From Trypethelium eluteriae (Eukaryota): DNA of 38,117 nucleotides. A program made the translations under genes and the position numbers. Of this stretch, positions 20,933 to 33,465 are shown piece after piece (position 1 is the first letter of the stretch; every line of letters starts with the position of its first letter). The notes below the pieces were generated by a model. That model was not told the DNA's origin. It ran no database searches and saw nothing but the letters and a program-made list of their open reading frames with translations. The stretch is taken from NCBI GenBank assembly GCA_051942245.1, contig JAVECL010000188.1, forward strand, positions 1 through 38,117, read 5' to 3'.

Positions 20933-22844
20933 CTACCCCAAGGTAAACAGCATCCAAGAGCAGAAGCTAAGCCAGAAGACTCGGGGAAAATTCCCTGACA
21001 GTCCAGCCTCATTGTTCGCTTCGGGTGCGGTGGGCGCAGCAGGCTCGGTAGGCTCGGTGTTTGTCGCACGGCTAGCCGATACCGACAGGGCACCATTTTC
21101 ACTTACAGTAATAGTCGAGAAAGCATCCATCGTACCATCTATCACAATGCCGTTCGTTGCAGCTGATACGGTTTCTCCTGCCGCCGTTATTGCTGGACCG
21201 CCGACTGTTAGTGTTCTGGAGCCAAGCATCACCAGGGTGGCGGAAGTCCCAGAAAAGGCCTCAGCAGTAAGGACCTGAGTTCCCAAAGTGACAACAGCTT
21301 CTTCAAATAACTCGTTGGCGCTAGTACCGTCCTGACTAATAGACATCACTGCTGAGTAGATTTGATTTCCGACAGTGACGGCACTTGGCCCAGGTTGTGG
21401 ATCATTTGAAGACAATTCTTCTTCGCCAGCTACATCCGTCAGTCCATTTTCTGGCTCAGCTTGTTCATTTGCTGGCGATGAATGAGACCCTGCCGCATCT
21501 GAAATGATTCCCACTAACTTCGCAAGATCCCCCGGTCGCTCCGGAGCATAAGATGCTATTGCGGCAGTCGATTGATCGTTGGGCGGACTTGCCGCCTCTC
21601 CAGCATTCCAGCCGCCGGCAGACTCATCTTGCATAGCTCCCTTTACGGACTCGATATCCATCGCTGCAACAATCGAAGATCCTACACTTGAGCTTCCAGA
21701 TGCGCTTGCCTCTGATCCGCTTGCATCCGATCCATCTACCTCGGGTTCACCTGCATTTGGTCCGCTCGCGTCGGGCGCGTCTGCCTTTTGTGCGCCTGAA
21801 TCTGGCATGCTTGCATCTTGCTTGTTTCCGCCTGGTTCGCTGCCATCTTGTCCGCTCGATCCAACTAGCTGCGACACAATCCTAGATGCCACGGACTCAA
21901 CATCTCCCGACTGAGGCTCTTCTGGAACTAGTCCACCCAGGGCATCACCTTGCAAGCCAGCTTTTGCAGGATTTGCATAAGTCCCTGAAGCTCCAAGATC
22001 TGGCTCAGCAATGACAGGTAGAGCCTGTGCGAGTGTCTGAATCGCAGAAACCACTCCAGCTACAGACTTGTCCTCCTCAGCAGGGTTCGCAACTGGACTG
22101 TTCGTCGCCTGAGGAATATTCGTCACTTGAGGGATACCGGGGCCTTCACTCGCTGGTCTGGGTACTGGCGCGGATGTATGCAAGACGGTTTGAGGGCGAC
22201 TCGTTGCCCCGGCTGCTGGAGGGAGCACTCCACCCATGCCAATGCTGCCTGCACTGGGCGCGGGAGAAGGCGTGACGGGGCCCATGAAGGTATTCACTGG
22301 ACTGGCGGGTTGATCAAAGGAGTGCAGCATCACAGGTCCACCACATGGCGGACTGAAGATAGTGACTTGTGTGACAGTGGCATTGCGTGTTGTGTAGACG
22401 ATTGTCTCCGTTTGGACGCCACAGGTCTCATTAGCATAGAAGGTAACAGTATCATTATTACCAGAATCAGAATAGTATCGATGCCCTGGTCCTGCGAAGC
22501 CGGCTCTGTCTCTTCTCCTCATCCCTGGGTGGTTATGAAGTTTATGGAAATCATGATGCGTTCCGAGAATGTTTTCAGCAGGTACTATCGTGCTGTACGG
22601 CAATGCTGTACTTGCGCTTGTGCTCGCATCATTTTGATCGCTAATTACGTCTTCAACAGATCTGCCCAAACTCATTGCGGAGGAAGGATTCATTTGGGCC
22701 ATGGCAGTTATGCCTGCAGTTGCAATGTTAGATCCGGACTTGTTCCGCAAAAGGATGTCAAAGCATGGACTAACCATTTTGACCGGTGGCCAACACATGC
22801 GGAAGCAAGCTACTAGCGAGTAGCACGATGATATTGATCCGCAT
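20933..22844 (-). CDS. Secreted Ser/Ala/Pro/Gly-rich mucin-like cell-wall protein, probably GPI-anchored, 616 aa, 2 exons
   Basis: ATG 22844 gives signal peptide MRINIIVLLASSLLPHVLA. Intron 22774-22714 (GTTAGT..CTAAC..CAG, 61 nt) joins it in frame to the long ORF (1851 nt total). RRRDR basic site, beta-repeat-like segments VTVGNQIYSA/VTLGTQVLTA/VMLGSRTLTVGG, and a hydrophobic C-tail NNEAG...VFWLSFCSWMLFTLG. Confidence 0.8.
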
Positions 22845-23442
22845 CTCGACAAGTGTTTAAGTTTCCATGCCAATGAATGGCTCAAGAAGAGCACAGTTGA
22901 TTTTGGGCATCGTAGGTATTTTGAGGAACCTGAGAAGGTTCTCAACCCATCGAACGGATACTTTATGAGCTGAGCCCGAAACAGTCATAGCTAGAAATAA
23001 TTGCAGCTATGTTCCTGGTAGATAAAGGAGACGGCAAGTTATCCAGCAACTTCGCATGATTGGTGACCTGCTTGGTCCCAGCACTACTTCGCTGACCATC
23101 TGGCACAAAGTGCGGCTGAATGGTAGTACTGCAAAGTCAAAATGTGAGATGGAGCTTGCCGGCCAGGGAGATTGTCCCAGGCAATCAAACTTCAGAGCCT
23201 TGCTTTCCCAAAGGCGGTCAGACATCTCCACCAATGAACGCGTCACCCTCAGCTACTCTACGCGGGAAAAAGTCTCAAGTTATCCAGGGTCGCCCCTGCT
23301 CCTTGCTCCCTGCCACGTGCCGGCCCCCTTTTTTCACGTCAGCACAATGAAATTGGGATCGTTGAATAAATTAATAGTGCCCGACCGCGTCACTGCGTCG
23401 TTTAAGCAGGCAGAGGCACGATACCACAGAGTCACGCGTTAC

Positions 23443-24009
23443 CTGTCCAAAGCTCTTGAGTACCGGTTATCTACAAGACTTGACACGAGTGAGCCCAAGC
23501 TATCAGATGGACGTATATAGAAGAAATTCATGACCTGCACGGTCTCTGCACTTCCCACCAGCTTTGTGCGATGATTGCAATATGTCACACTCGTGAATGC
23601 CATGACTGAATCTGTCAGAGACTACCGCGTTCCCAAGGCATCGCTGAAGGTAATATCTCGACTGTTGCTGGGCGGCGAGTGGCTGGCTGCAGCCGTGCTA
23701 TCTACGGAGTATTGTTTGCCAATCCATGCCGGATGACTGGTCAAGGCGTCAGTATTCCGTTAACTTAAACCCCTGCACTTGTCACGCTGTTGACTTTCCG
23801 TCTCTCATCAGCCAGGCCGAGCCGCCAATCGGATATGTCATGGAGCCTACTTCAACGGTGCCGGAAATGCCCGTAGGTGTGGAGACGGTGCAATTTACGG
23901 AGTACTCAGGCATATCTATGAATTGAAAATTTGAAATAGACTTGGGCGTTTCAGTGACCAAAGCATTACTGCCAGCTGAATACACAGAAAGGGTAAGCAG
24001 AGTCAGCAC
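23443..24009 (-). pseudogene. Possible decayed secreted-protein gene
   Basis: A hydrophobic leader-like segment VLTLLTLSVYSAGSNA lacks an ATG. A CTGAC..CAG acceptor lies at 23737, followed by about 97 protein-like codons with one TAG (23624-23622) ending at a GTAACG donor-like site. No family recognised. Confidence 0.3.
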
Positions 24010-24315
24010 GCTGTGGATTCGTTAATGGTACTCACTGCCTGACCGGCTAAGAATGCGACAAAGTCCCATACAGAAAGGATCAGTGTGGTTCTGGGAGTTG
24101 AAAGTATGTATTATTAGATAGAGAACTCGAAGACGAACATAGCAAGCTCGAATAATACTCCAAGTCCATGCCGCTAAGACATTTTTCAGCCCAATGCAGT
24201 CAAACATCGCGCACCCACAACAATTCCAACCACAAACGAATCCCACCAACTAACACAGCTCCCACAGAAGCTCTCCACCATCTTCCCAATCCAGTCCATC
24301 ATCCAAGTCCAGAAC

Positions 24316-24762
24316 CTATGCCTGAAACTCCGCCGCCCTCTTCGCATGCGGCAGCTTACACAGCGAAAAATCCACCGGCGTAACCGTCGCATCGACGCGA
24401 CCAAACTGCACCGCATTCCCATTCGTAAGATCATTCATCGCCTCCTCGCTCATATTGACGCCGGTGTCAGTGTGGTCGACAGCGGTGACGTAGATAGTCT
24501 TGCCGTTGTAGGTGACGCTGAGGCACTGGCCGCACGAAGGCGAGTTCCAGCCGGGAATGCTCTGCCAGCCCGCGATGTAGGGGAAGCTGGGCACCGCGCT
24601 CTGCGTCTGGTAGCCATAGCGCGTGATCAGCCCGTTGGCGCCGTCGGAGCAGGACACTGCGGTCATGGAGCGCGTGCCGTCGTCGTAGCCGGTGTCGTAG
24701 GAGACGCTGACGGCGGAGGCGGCGGCGGTGAAGAGGGCGAGGATGGTGCTGAAGGACTGCAT
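24316..24762 (-). CDS. Cerato-platanin family protein (SnodProt1/Epl1/Sm1-like), 148 aa, intronless
   Basis: Signal peptide, VSYDTGYDD, VSCSDGANGL, WNSPSCGQC, AVDH, AMNDLTNGNAVQFGRVDA and four conserved Cys. Strong GC3 bias. TATAAA at 24943-24938. Confidence 0.96.
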   Translation of the reverse strand: MQSFSTILALFTAAASAVSVSYDTGYDDGTRSMTAVSCSDGANGLITRYGYQTQSAVPSFPYIAGWQSIPGWNSPSCGQCLSVTYNGKTIYVTAVDHTDTGVNMSEEAMNDLTNGNAVQFGRVDATVTPVDFSLCKLPHAKRAAEFQA

Positions 24763-25844
24763 TTTTGGTGCTGGTGGTGGTTGAAGTGGGATGTGGGTCT
24801 TGGACGTGAGGAAATTGGGATTGTTTGAGAGAGAAGATTAGAGATTAGAAGCACTTGGTATGGATATTTCGATGTTTTGATAGCAAAAGAATCTGATGAG
24901 TGATGAAAGTGGATGAGAGGCGGCGATATGAAAGTACTTTATACTTTGTGGATGTCTTGAAGGCAGCTTCCCTTACCGACGTATGCCAAGGAAAGTCCCA
25001 TGTGAGAATATAGAGCTTATGCCCTGCCACTGCCATCACGATGGGCAAGTGTGGGCCATTCTTGGTTAATACGAAGGAGGACCCTCTGAGATGCAGCACG
25101 GCAGGTTCATTACGATGGTGTTCCCGCTGGACAATAAGGATGCCCTAGGTGGGGAGGGATGGGTGACGTTACAAAGCTCCAAAACCGGTACCAAGCAGAG
25201 AGTCCGCGGATGCCGGACTACTATTTATGGAGATAAAGCGCGAAGCTGGTGCTAAAGCAGACAGACCAAGCCACTTCCGCTAGCGAAAAGCTGGGGAACG
25301 ATGCCAAGACAAGTCTCGTGACGTGACATTGGAACGGCGAGGGCGTTACATTCCTTACCGGCCGGAGTCTTGGCTTTATTGGAAGACTATGCTTTTTTGT
25401 TAACAGATCTGCAAAATTTCTCCTCCACTGAATAATCTCACGAGGGAATATCGAGAGAGATTTGCATCAGGGTCAGCCCACTGTCAAACACGGCGAAATT
25501 TATCGAGGCCAGCTGACAAACATGTCAGGCGATCCGAGCGAAAAATCTTTGCAGAAGGCTCGAGAGTCAGCCAAGAATACCTCACCGCATCCATCACTGG
25601 GTACCATCGTTTAAAAGGGCATGTTCCAGACAATGCGTTCATCTAGTTCCAAGATAGCTTCAAGAATGGGATGAGACGAGATCTGCTACATTCGTGGCAA
25701 CCTTTCTGACTCCCATGACGTTCGTTGACAAGATATTGAGATATTCTTTCTAGTCCATCGGTGCCTTTCCGATGGAAACCCAATTTCCAAAGTTGCACGT
25801 TCCGCAAGACGGAACGAAAATTTTCTATTCCCTCTATTTTCCAT

Positions 25845-28800
25845 CTATCCATTGCTTCCAATTCGACGAAGAACTCGCTGTCTCGACAGCAGTTGACTGA
25901 TAATAAAATGGCTCACGTCCTCGTCACTCCAATACATTATATGAGATGCGATTCCTCCGATAACATCAAGACCAAAGGAGGTTCTAGCTTAATCGTTAGT
26001 ATCATTTGCCGAATTCACTGAGACCGTGGGACAGAACAGTGAAAAAGAGGCAAGACTTACTCCTGAATGCTATAGTCCACTCTCCCATTCCCATTTAACG
26101 CCCGTACCTTTGCCTCTTCCTTCCTTAACTTTTTGCCCCGTTCCTCTGCATCTCTCCACTCCGGATTTTCACCCAAGTCTCGCACATCCGCATCGCTCGC
26201 TTGGCTTTTCCTTCTCTTTTCGAATCCAGAATACAACGTCTCCAGTGTCTCATCCAGTCTCGTCGGTGGATGCTGTCCAGGCTCGCCCTTCGAGAGTGCG
26301 ATCTGAGCTTGACGCCATTGTTCTGCATCGGCCATGCTAAGTTCGGAGGGAAGCATAGGCACGGCATCTCTGCCTGATAGTTGGGATGGAACTATGTTAC
26401 TAAAATGTGGATTGGTTGCGCCCATGGACAAAGGGACTCGGGATTGCTGATTCGCAGCACCTGCTTTGGCGCTCGCCGTATCCTCAGCTGTCAGGCCAAG
26501 ACTCCGGTTGAGGAGGCTGTTGGCTATGCCCGAGCTAAAACTCGACCAAAGTCCAGAAACGCTCTTACCGACGCTGGACCCAATGCCGGAGATCCCTTGT
26601 CCGACCGCTGCGCCGAAGCTGCGCTTGACAGTAGGGAGTGGCTGAGGCTTCAGAGATGCCATAGCAGGTGAGATGAGCGGCTCGAGACGGTACGCAATCG
26701 GGTCTGTGGGATGGAATATGTTGAAAAGCTGGTTACACCTCGGAGAAGATGTCGTGATATCCGTGAAGCTTGGAGGTGTAGCCATTTTTGAAGATGAGAG
26801 AGAGCTTGAATCGAAGGGATCGGCAGCAATGTCGCCAACAGGTGTCTCTGAGGCAACGCCGCTGGGCGAATGGCGCGCTACGATAGTCCGACCTTTCAGC
26901 ATCTGAAAAAGAGCAATAGGGGAGCCAAGACTATAGAAATCTTCCACGTCGAAATCAAGCTGCGACCCGGATTCGTCCCTCCGACGGCGCAAAGAGCTCT
27001 GTCTGCGCACGTGTGTCTGATGGTCTCTTTGATGGCAAAGGATATCGAACATGATTGCGGATCCTAGCGAGTGACCGATGAGACTAACTTTTCCCTTGAA
27101 CCCTGGATTGCGCTCCTTGAAAAGTTTGTAAATTCTGTTGCATTCTTGTCGGACAATCCGAGCAATATGATCCTTGTATGCTGGACTCTGGTAAAGTAGG
27201 ATATCAAGAGCAAGGTCAGTTAGGAGATTTCTGACGGTCGGTATTCCTTCGACAGTGATGTCGTCCAGATTTGGGTATTCTTCGTCCTCTTCAAACTCTG
27301 TGTCGCCCAGGTCATGTTCTTTTCTATTGTGGCGCAAGCTTTGCTTGGGAAAGTCCAATTTGTGACGCCAGCAGATAGGAAGTACTTGGATACGGCAATT
27401 CTTGGGCAGCTTGTCGATCTCATTGTTAAGAGCTTGCAAATCAGTCGAAGATGCGTACACAGACTTGAGTGTCTTTCGGAGAGTATTCACATCGTGAACA
27501 AAATTGATACTTTCAGTGCGGAGACCTAGCCTCTGACCAATACCATGGGTAACGAACATGAGATGCTCGATCTCACGACCTTGTTCGCCTGCATCTTGAT
27601 CCTGATAGTCCTCTTGGATTTCACGCTCATCCTGTTTACGTACTTCCTCTTCGTGCGCTTCGCGGTCGTCTTGTGCCGAAACCAAGGACGAAATCTGGCG
27701 CTCAAGGCCGAGTCTTCGCTTATCCGTGTCGACCGGGCTGACAGCTTGATCGTGACTTATGTCAATAGAGGACCTCCGAGGATCATGGTGGGAGTCTGAT
27801 TTGGATCTTGTACGCATTTGTGCCGGTCGGTTAAGCTTTTCACCTCCTTCGTTTTTGTCTTGATCCCCATCATCTTTCGTACGGGGCGGACTTCCTTTGT
27901 CTTTCTCTGTACTACCCTTCTTTGCGAGGTCTGTATAGCCTCTTATAATCTTCACGCCTGCAAAGTGACCGCCGCCAGCGAAGCGCTCGTACATGGTACT
28001 ACTCATCCTGGACATGAAATCATCGGTGAGCATCCAAGCTATCGTAGAGTCTTGATATGTTACTATTGAATTCATGTATGCCCCGAATAAACGATGAGTT
28101 TTCATCTGCGGTGGAGCTGGGATCTCCCCCAGGGCTTCACCAATCGACTGGACATCAAGTCTGGGGCCGGCTGTTGTTGGACTGCTCAGAGTGGATCTAG
28201 GGGTAGTCGCCCCAGGTGTACTGCTTCTGGAGGTAGAGACCAGCTCTGCTCTCGACTGTGATGTGTTCCTTTTGTGAGTCGTAGGAGGCGGAAAGCGCCA
28301 TGGCCTGATTTTGATATAGCCTTCTTCAAGCTGAGTAGCTAGATTCTCATCACATGGCTTCAAAGTTGAACCGTCTATGGAGTTCAGTAAGCGGCATGCT
28401 GTAGTGACCGACAAGACCTATTCACCTTGGAAGAACCACGTCCCCCTTCGAACTTCATATACTGGACCAAGCCAATATGCTGGAGCAAGCTCTCGTCTTT
28501 CAATGTCGACATCAAAGAGAAAATCCTCATTTACCGGAACTTTGATCGTACGACCTTTATCAATACCCTCCTCGCCATTTATGCTTGTGTTTTGTTTTTC
28601 ATCAGATCGAGGATGCGGGACTGAACCCAAGTCACCATCGTCTTGAGCTACTTCGTACTGTAACTTCCGGCGCTCGGCGCTATCCTCTTCATCAACGGAG
28701 CTTTGAAATGCTGCTTCAAGTGCTCGGGAATCTTGTCTCGAGAAGGCGGTGTATTTTTTTGGTGGAGGTGGGGGCTTGCTATCGGGAGCTGTTTCGCCCG

Positions 28801-29160
28801 TTGGGTTCGGTTTTCGTTTAGGAAACTGCGGACTCCTCGTCAGCATGCCTAGACTGATAGAGTCTACCGATGCACTTGTCCAACGAAGAATGTAACAAGA
28901 CCTACGTCAACCGCATGAAACCATTGAACATTGAGGACCGGGCAATCGCGCGGGTATTTCCTCAAGCTTAGCCTATGTTTATGACTAACTGCATGATCGC
29001 CACCTTTGGTCGAAGTGAGCGTGGGCTCCGGGGGTGTCTGATTATCTTGGTCTGTTTTAGGTGATGCGCTTCTGGAGCTCCATGGCGAGAGGGCACTGAT
29101 TCCAGCAGTGAGATATGAAGTCTGTTTATTCTCGAGAGGTTTGCTCTCTGAACCAGACAT
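25845..29160 (-). CDS. DDL1: DDHD-domain phospholipase A1 (yeast Ddl1/YOR022C-like), 1035 aa, 4 exons
   Basis: Exons 29160-28906, 28825-28426, 28374-26061 and 25983-25845, with introns of 80, 51 and 77 nt, total 3108 nt. Motifs WFHAVD, VPVNEDFLFDVDI, YEVRRGTWF, THGIGQ, lipase GHSLG, NIFHPTDPIAYRLEP, RVDYSIQE and ASHIMYWSDEDV. Confidence 0.93.
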
Positions 29161-29790
29161 TTTTCCCGGCGACCGGCCAATGCCGGCGCCTTCCTGTGCA
29201 ATCCAGTATGATGGATTGTTGTATGCTTCGCTAGTAGAAGGAAAGCCAGGGATTCTTCGGCGGACGAGATGAAAGAGGAGATCTGTGAATCGGGCCAACG
29301 TGTATAATTGGAGCTTTGACCGCCCAGCAGCCGTGAGGAAGGCGAGAGGCTGCAGCTCAGCGGTAGGGAATGGCTAGGGTGGGCACAGCTGTGGCTTGAA
29401 ACAGTTGGACATTATACCGTATAAAGGATTCCGTAAGGAATATTGACAGCTGGTATCTGCCAAGACTGTTACTGCCACCGGTGACGTCGCGCTGTAGGGC
29501 TGAACGGCGGAAACAACCCCGATGCCGCAAGATTCAATTTCAACCTCGACCTTTGCCTCCCGTGCTCTCTTGTCAATCCTTCGCAAGGAGTGTCAGATCG
29601 AATCCAGGGTGAGGCGATCGGCAGTCAATTGATGCATGCACTGATATCTCCATTGCTTCCAAGGTTCTGGTTTGCACGTCGCGCCCACGCTTTAATTGTC
29701 TTTCCTTATTTCACTCCTCAACCTTCAGTCTCTCAGATCCTACGGATTCAGTGCCATCCTTGGTCAAATTCATTTCGTTCTCGCTCGAGG

Positions 29791-30243
29791 ATGCCTGCTG
29801 AAGGTACGGCAGAATTGGCGCATGTCCAGCAACTCTTTGATCGGCAAAAGCCACATTCCGCCATATACAATTTTCTACTTGGCGATGCTCGAGTCACCTC
29901 TGCCACCAAAGGCACTGTTAAAGCTCGTTTACAATTGCAGAAAAATCACGTCAACTCTCGAGGGGGCCTCCATGGCGCGGTATCCGCCACGCTTGTCAAC
30001 TGGGTTGGTGGCATGGCCATAGCTTCCTACGACTTGCGAGAGAAGACGGGTGTTTCGACTGACATACATGTCACGTATCTGTCGAGTGCAAAAGAGGGAG
30101 ACTGGATAGAGGTTGAGGGCAAAGCGAACAAAGTTGGTGGTACCCTAGCGTTCACCACTGCAACGATATACAAGCTGGATGAGCAAGGACAGCCCGGCGC
30201 AGTCATCGCAACGGGTTCTCATAGCAAATATGTGAAGGTATAG
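29791..30243 (+). CDS. PaaI/ACOT13 (THEM2)-like hotdog-fold thioesterase, 150 aa (203 aa from upstream ATG 29632)
   Basis: Motifs HVNSRGGLHG, GVSTDIHVTYLS.A..GD.IEVEG...KVG.TLAFT and ATGSHSKY. Intronless. Confidence 0.9.
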   Translation: MPAEGTAELAHVQQLFDRQKPHSAIYNFLLGDARVTSATKGTVKARLQLQKNHVNSRGGLHGAVSATLVNWVGGMAIASYDLREKTGVSTDIHVTYLSSAKEGDWIEVEGKANKVGGTLAFTTATIYKLDEQGQPGAVIATGSHSKYVKV

Positions 30244-30791
30244 GACAGCGTTTCGGGACACCCGCCATCTTCTTTGCGTCTGGCATGAATACATGTACTT
30301 TGAATGCCTGGACTCACTCGGATAGCGAAGAAAAATTTGCGCCTTCTCCCATACCTTAAAAGCCATGTCGAGTTTCGACAAAGAGATAATGGCTAGAGGA
30401 GGCGATACATGCAAAATTATACTAGATATTGATAGACCTTTAATCATAGAGTAGATATGAGACTCAGAAAATGCTCACGCATACTTATCGTCACTGCAAG
30501 GATTGTTAAATCTTAAGCGCCAGAACAGAGTTATGAGAAGTGATTCTCTCATACAACGTTAGGCGGCAAAGGGGAAGAGACTAATGTTCAGTCACCTGCG
30601 TATCGTACCCTAAGAAATACTAGAGTACAAAAGTCTTGCGTTGTTTACATGAATTGAATCACGGTCAATTGTGCTAGCGTGTAGAGGTAGGATCGGACGA
30701 TTTTGTAGCCTACACTGGCGAATAATGTAAGAGGTCGGCTTAAAAGCCCTCTCTCAATGGACTATGATGTATTTCAAGCAAGGAATATCGT

Positions 30792-31993
30792 TCAGTAATC
30801 GCCCTGGCTCTTAGTCTTCACAACACCTGACCCATCCTCTAGAATTCCCCTTCTGCTCAGATGCCTACTCAGTCCTTCCTCGCCGTGTTCATGTACAGCA
30901 TGCCCAGCACCAATCTTCTTCAAGCTATCTCTCATCAAGAACTCGTAGTAGCCCGTTGCAAAGATAGTCGCTGGGACGTTCACCAAGATGCTGATCCAGG
31001 CGTAGCCGTTATCGTAAGAAAAGGCTTCTCCGCCGAAGAATATAGCAGCTACAATGCGCGTGCCAAGGTCACGAGCTAGATTAGTGCTAATCGTCACGTC
31101 AGCAAAACCCCAGACCATGACACCGTAAGCCAGCCCAATTGTGAAGGGTGCTGATTGAGGAGAGACAAAGGGGTTGGCCGGGTCGAGACAGGACCAAATA
31201 ACAATCCCCTGGAATAAAGTTAGCTCGTTGTCGAGCAAAGGTTCAAAAAACAAACAACTCACAATGAAGCTATCGACGAAGAACTCGATCATGAACAGAT
31301 ATCCCTGATTGGTTTGTGTAGGGAGCGGGAAGGCGCAAAGAATGCCCGCTGGACCAGTTGGAGAGACTACAGGAAGCCCAGCAGCTTCCGTTGCAGCTTT
31401 GAACTCGGAAATTTGTTGATGATACTGTCCCATGAGTATCAAGCCAGCAACGAAGGCACCGAAGATCTGGGAGAAGATATAGTATGGAACCTTCTTGGCC
31501 GGAAAGCCTTGCCAGAGCCAGAAGCAGATTGTGATCGCTGCCAACAAGTTATTAGTTGGAGTTCTTGTGTGGTCTAAAAAGATAGGAGCCTTACCAGGAT
31601 TGAAGTGACCACCTGAAGTAGGGGCGCAACAAATGATCGCAAAAGCGATACCAATGCTGTAAGCCCAACCAATCTGGAAAAAGGAGCTATATGCTGGGTT
31701 GGCTTTATTCAGGATGAAATTGGCTGTCGCAGCAATGCCCGGGTACACTGACACTATGTCAGTCTCTCGATGGGTCGTGAAAATGGTGAGCTTGTGTTAC
31801 CGTAGAAGAACACGCCAGTGGCTTCAGCCATGCATTCTCGCAACCATCTTGGACGAGAATGTTCAAAGTCGAGCTTTCGCTGGGTGACTGGAGCGGGCTG
31901 AACGACGGTTCGCGTTACATGCCTCTGGACTGCCTCTGTTGCTCCCAACTCCAAGTCACCAGTCTGGAGACGCTCAATGCGATTGTCTCCCAT
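30792..31993 (-). CDS. Aquaglyceroporin (MIP family), 345 aa, 4 exons
   Basis: Exons 31993-31801, 31747-31595, 31537-31263 and 31208-30792, with introns of 53, 57 and 54 nt, total 1038 nt. Motifs RECMAEATG, SGGHFNPAIT (formed across intron 2) and STNLARDLGTR; the Asp after the second box is typical of glyceroporins. Six hydrophobic segments. Confidence 0.93.
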
Positions 31994-33465
31994 CTTGGAA
32001 GCGGTAGTCGCGATGCGTTAGTCTTGAAAAGAAACCCAAGTAGCTAAATGAAAATACAATCGGGAATCGAAAGTTGATATGAAGAACACTGTTCACGGGA
32101 TATAGTCAAGAAGAAAGGAGGCAGATTTCGTGTGCCTCGGGCGAAACATTGACGCAGTCAATCTCAGTCTCTCGCACGCTATCAACTCTTCCCGCGATCG
32201 TAACAGGGAAATTCTGGGGCCCCAGGCCGGCGCAGTGACGCGCAGGAAGGCTCGATCTCTCTCAAGTCTCGAATCGCATGAGTAGGCCGATCCCTGTCGA
32301 AACCCCCAAGTTGAGTCGTGGGTAGCAAACATGCCTCGGCGTTTTCAGCGCCGGTGCTACACCTTTAGGCATCGTCTATGGCTGGCTGGTCCATTTTGGG
32401 ACGGCACAAGGTCAGGATGGGACGGGCCTGGCGTCGTTGTATCTGTGGGAACGGTAAGAGGTGTGTATGTATGCAACGGCAGCATCGGGGAGCTGGGTCG
32501 TAGCCTTATTGGCAGTATGAACCGCTCTGCGCATAACGTCGACCACTTCCCAAAACTGCTTCCGGAGCATCCTAAAGATGTCGAAGAATTGACAAGATGC
32601 GATGCCGGATGCCTCGCTGGCAATGCAACAGCCGCGTGTATCGGCCTTGTTTAGCTCGAAGAGCGGACGATTTCACAAGTCTTCGGTAGTGCCGAAGCGT
32701 TGAGCACCGGCCTCCCCGCACGTGGCCCCTGAACCAAGCCCAAGCTAAGGTATACAGTTCGTTGCGAATGTCCTCTGGGGAAAGAGTAAGGCCATGCGGG
32801 AGGCGGCGGTGAGAATCACTTGAGGCAAGATTTACCTCGGCACCTTGCATGAGAAATGTGGCTCTGTGCCGTCTGGTGCATCTTTTGTATGTTGCGTCGG
32901 ACCAGAATCTGCCCTCTCTAATCACCGCTTGTTGGGCCGGATCCGAATCGTCTGTGTGGCAAACTAGATTGGCCTGTCAATAATGGACCCCGCAGGACGC
33001 TAGTCTTTTGCCTTTGTCGTCTTCTCACAGAGGCGGATCTCAGGCAGAGTAGAGCATCTCGAGTGTGAGGAATGGTCGACAAGCTCAGGCTGGCGCAGGC
33101 AGGACGTCGTATCCTAGCCGATATAGGAAGGACGGCAAGCATACGGCCAATGGTGTGGTTACACAAGTTCTCAGTTGTTACCACTGACATTCCTCAGCGG
33201 TATAGACCCCATAAGGACTATAGGCTGGCAGATCCCCCACGGGTCAGCGATGAGGCAGTACAGCAGCAGCCGGTCAACATAAACGCGATATTGATTATTT
33301 GTCAGTCCAGCACAGTTATGGTGGAGCAAGGTACGTTGGATGATGACTAAGCTCTAGCGATTCGATTCGCCTGCTTTCGGAGCAGGTCATACGAGTTTAT
33401 CGTCAGCTGCCAATTCAACCCAGTACTGTAGTGGCTATAGTGACGGTCACCGCATCTTCTCCAAA

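Noticed and set aside
22845..22945. N-terminus of the 670-aa ORF given in the track
   Set aside because: It starts at TTG and reads through an intron. A spliced model from ATG 22844 gives a clear signal peptide.
24346..24828. Antisense or alternative-frame ORFs (this one, 3196-3774, 22127-22816, 11362-11769 and similar)
   Set aside because: They are shadows of GC3-biased real genes on the opposite strand and have no recognisable motifs.
32093..33350. Several 80-117 aa ORFs between the aquaglyceroporin and HET genes
   Set aside because: They overlap on both strands, lack motifs and codon bias, and lie in a divergent promoter region.
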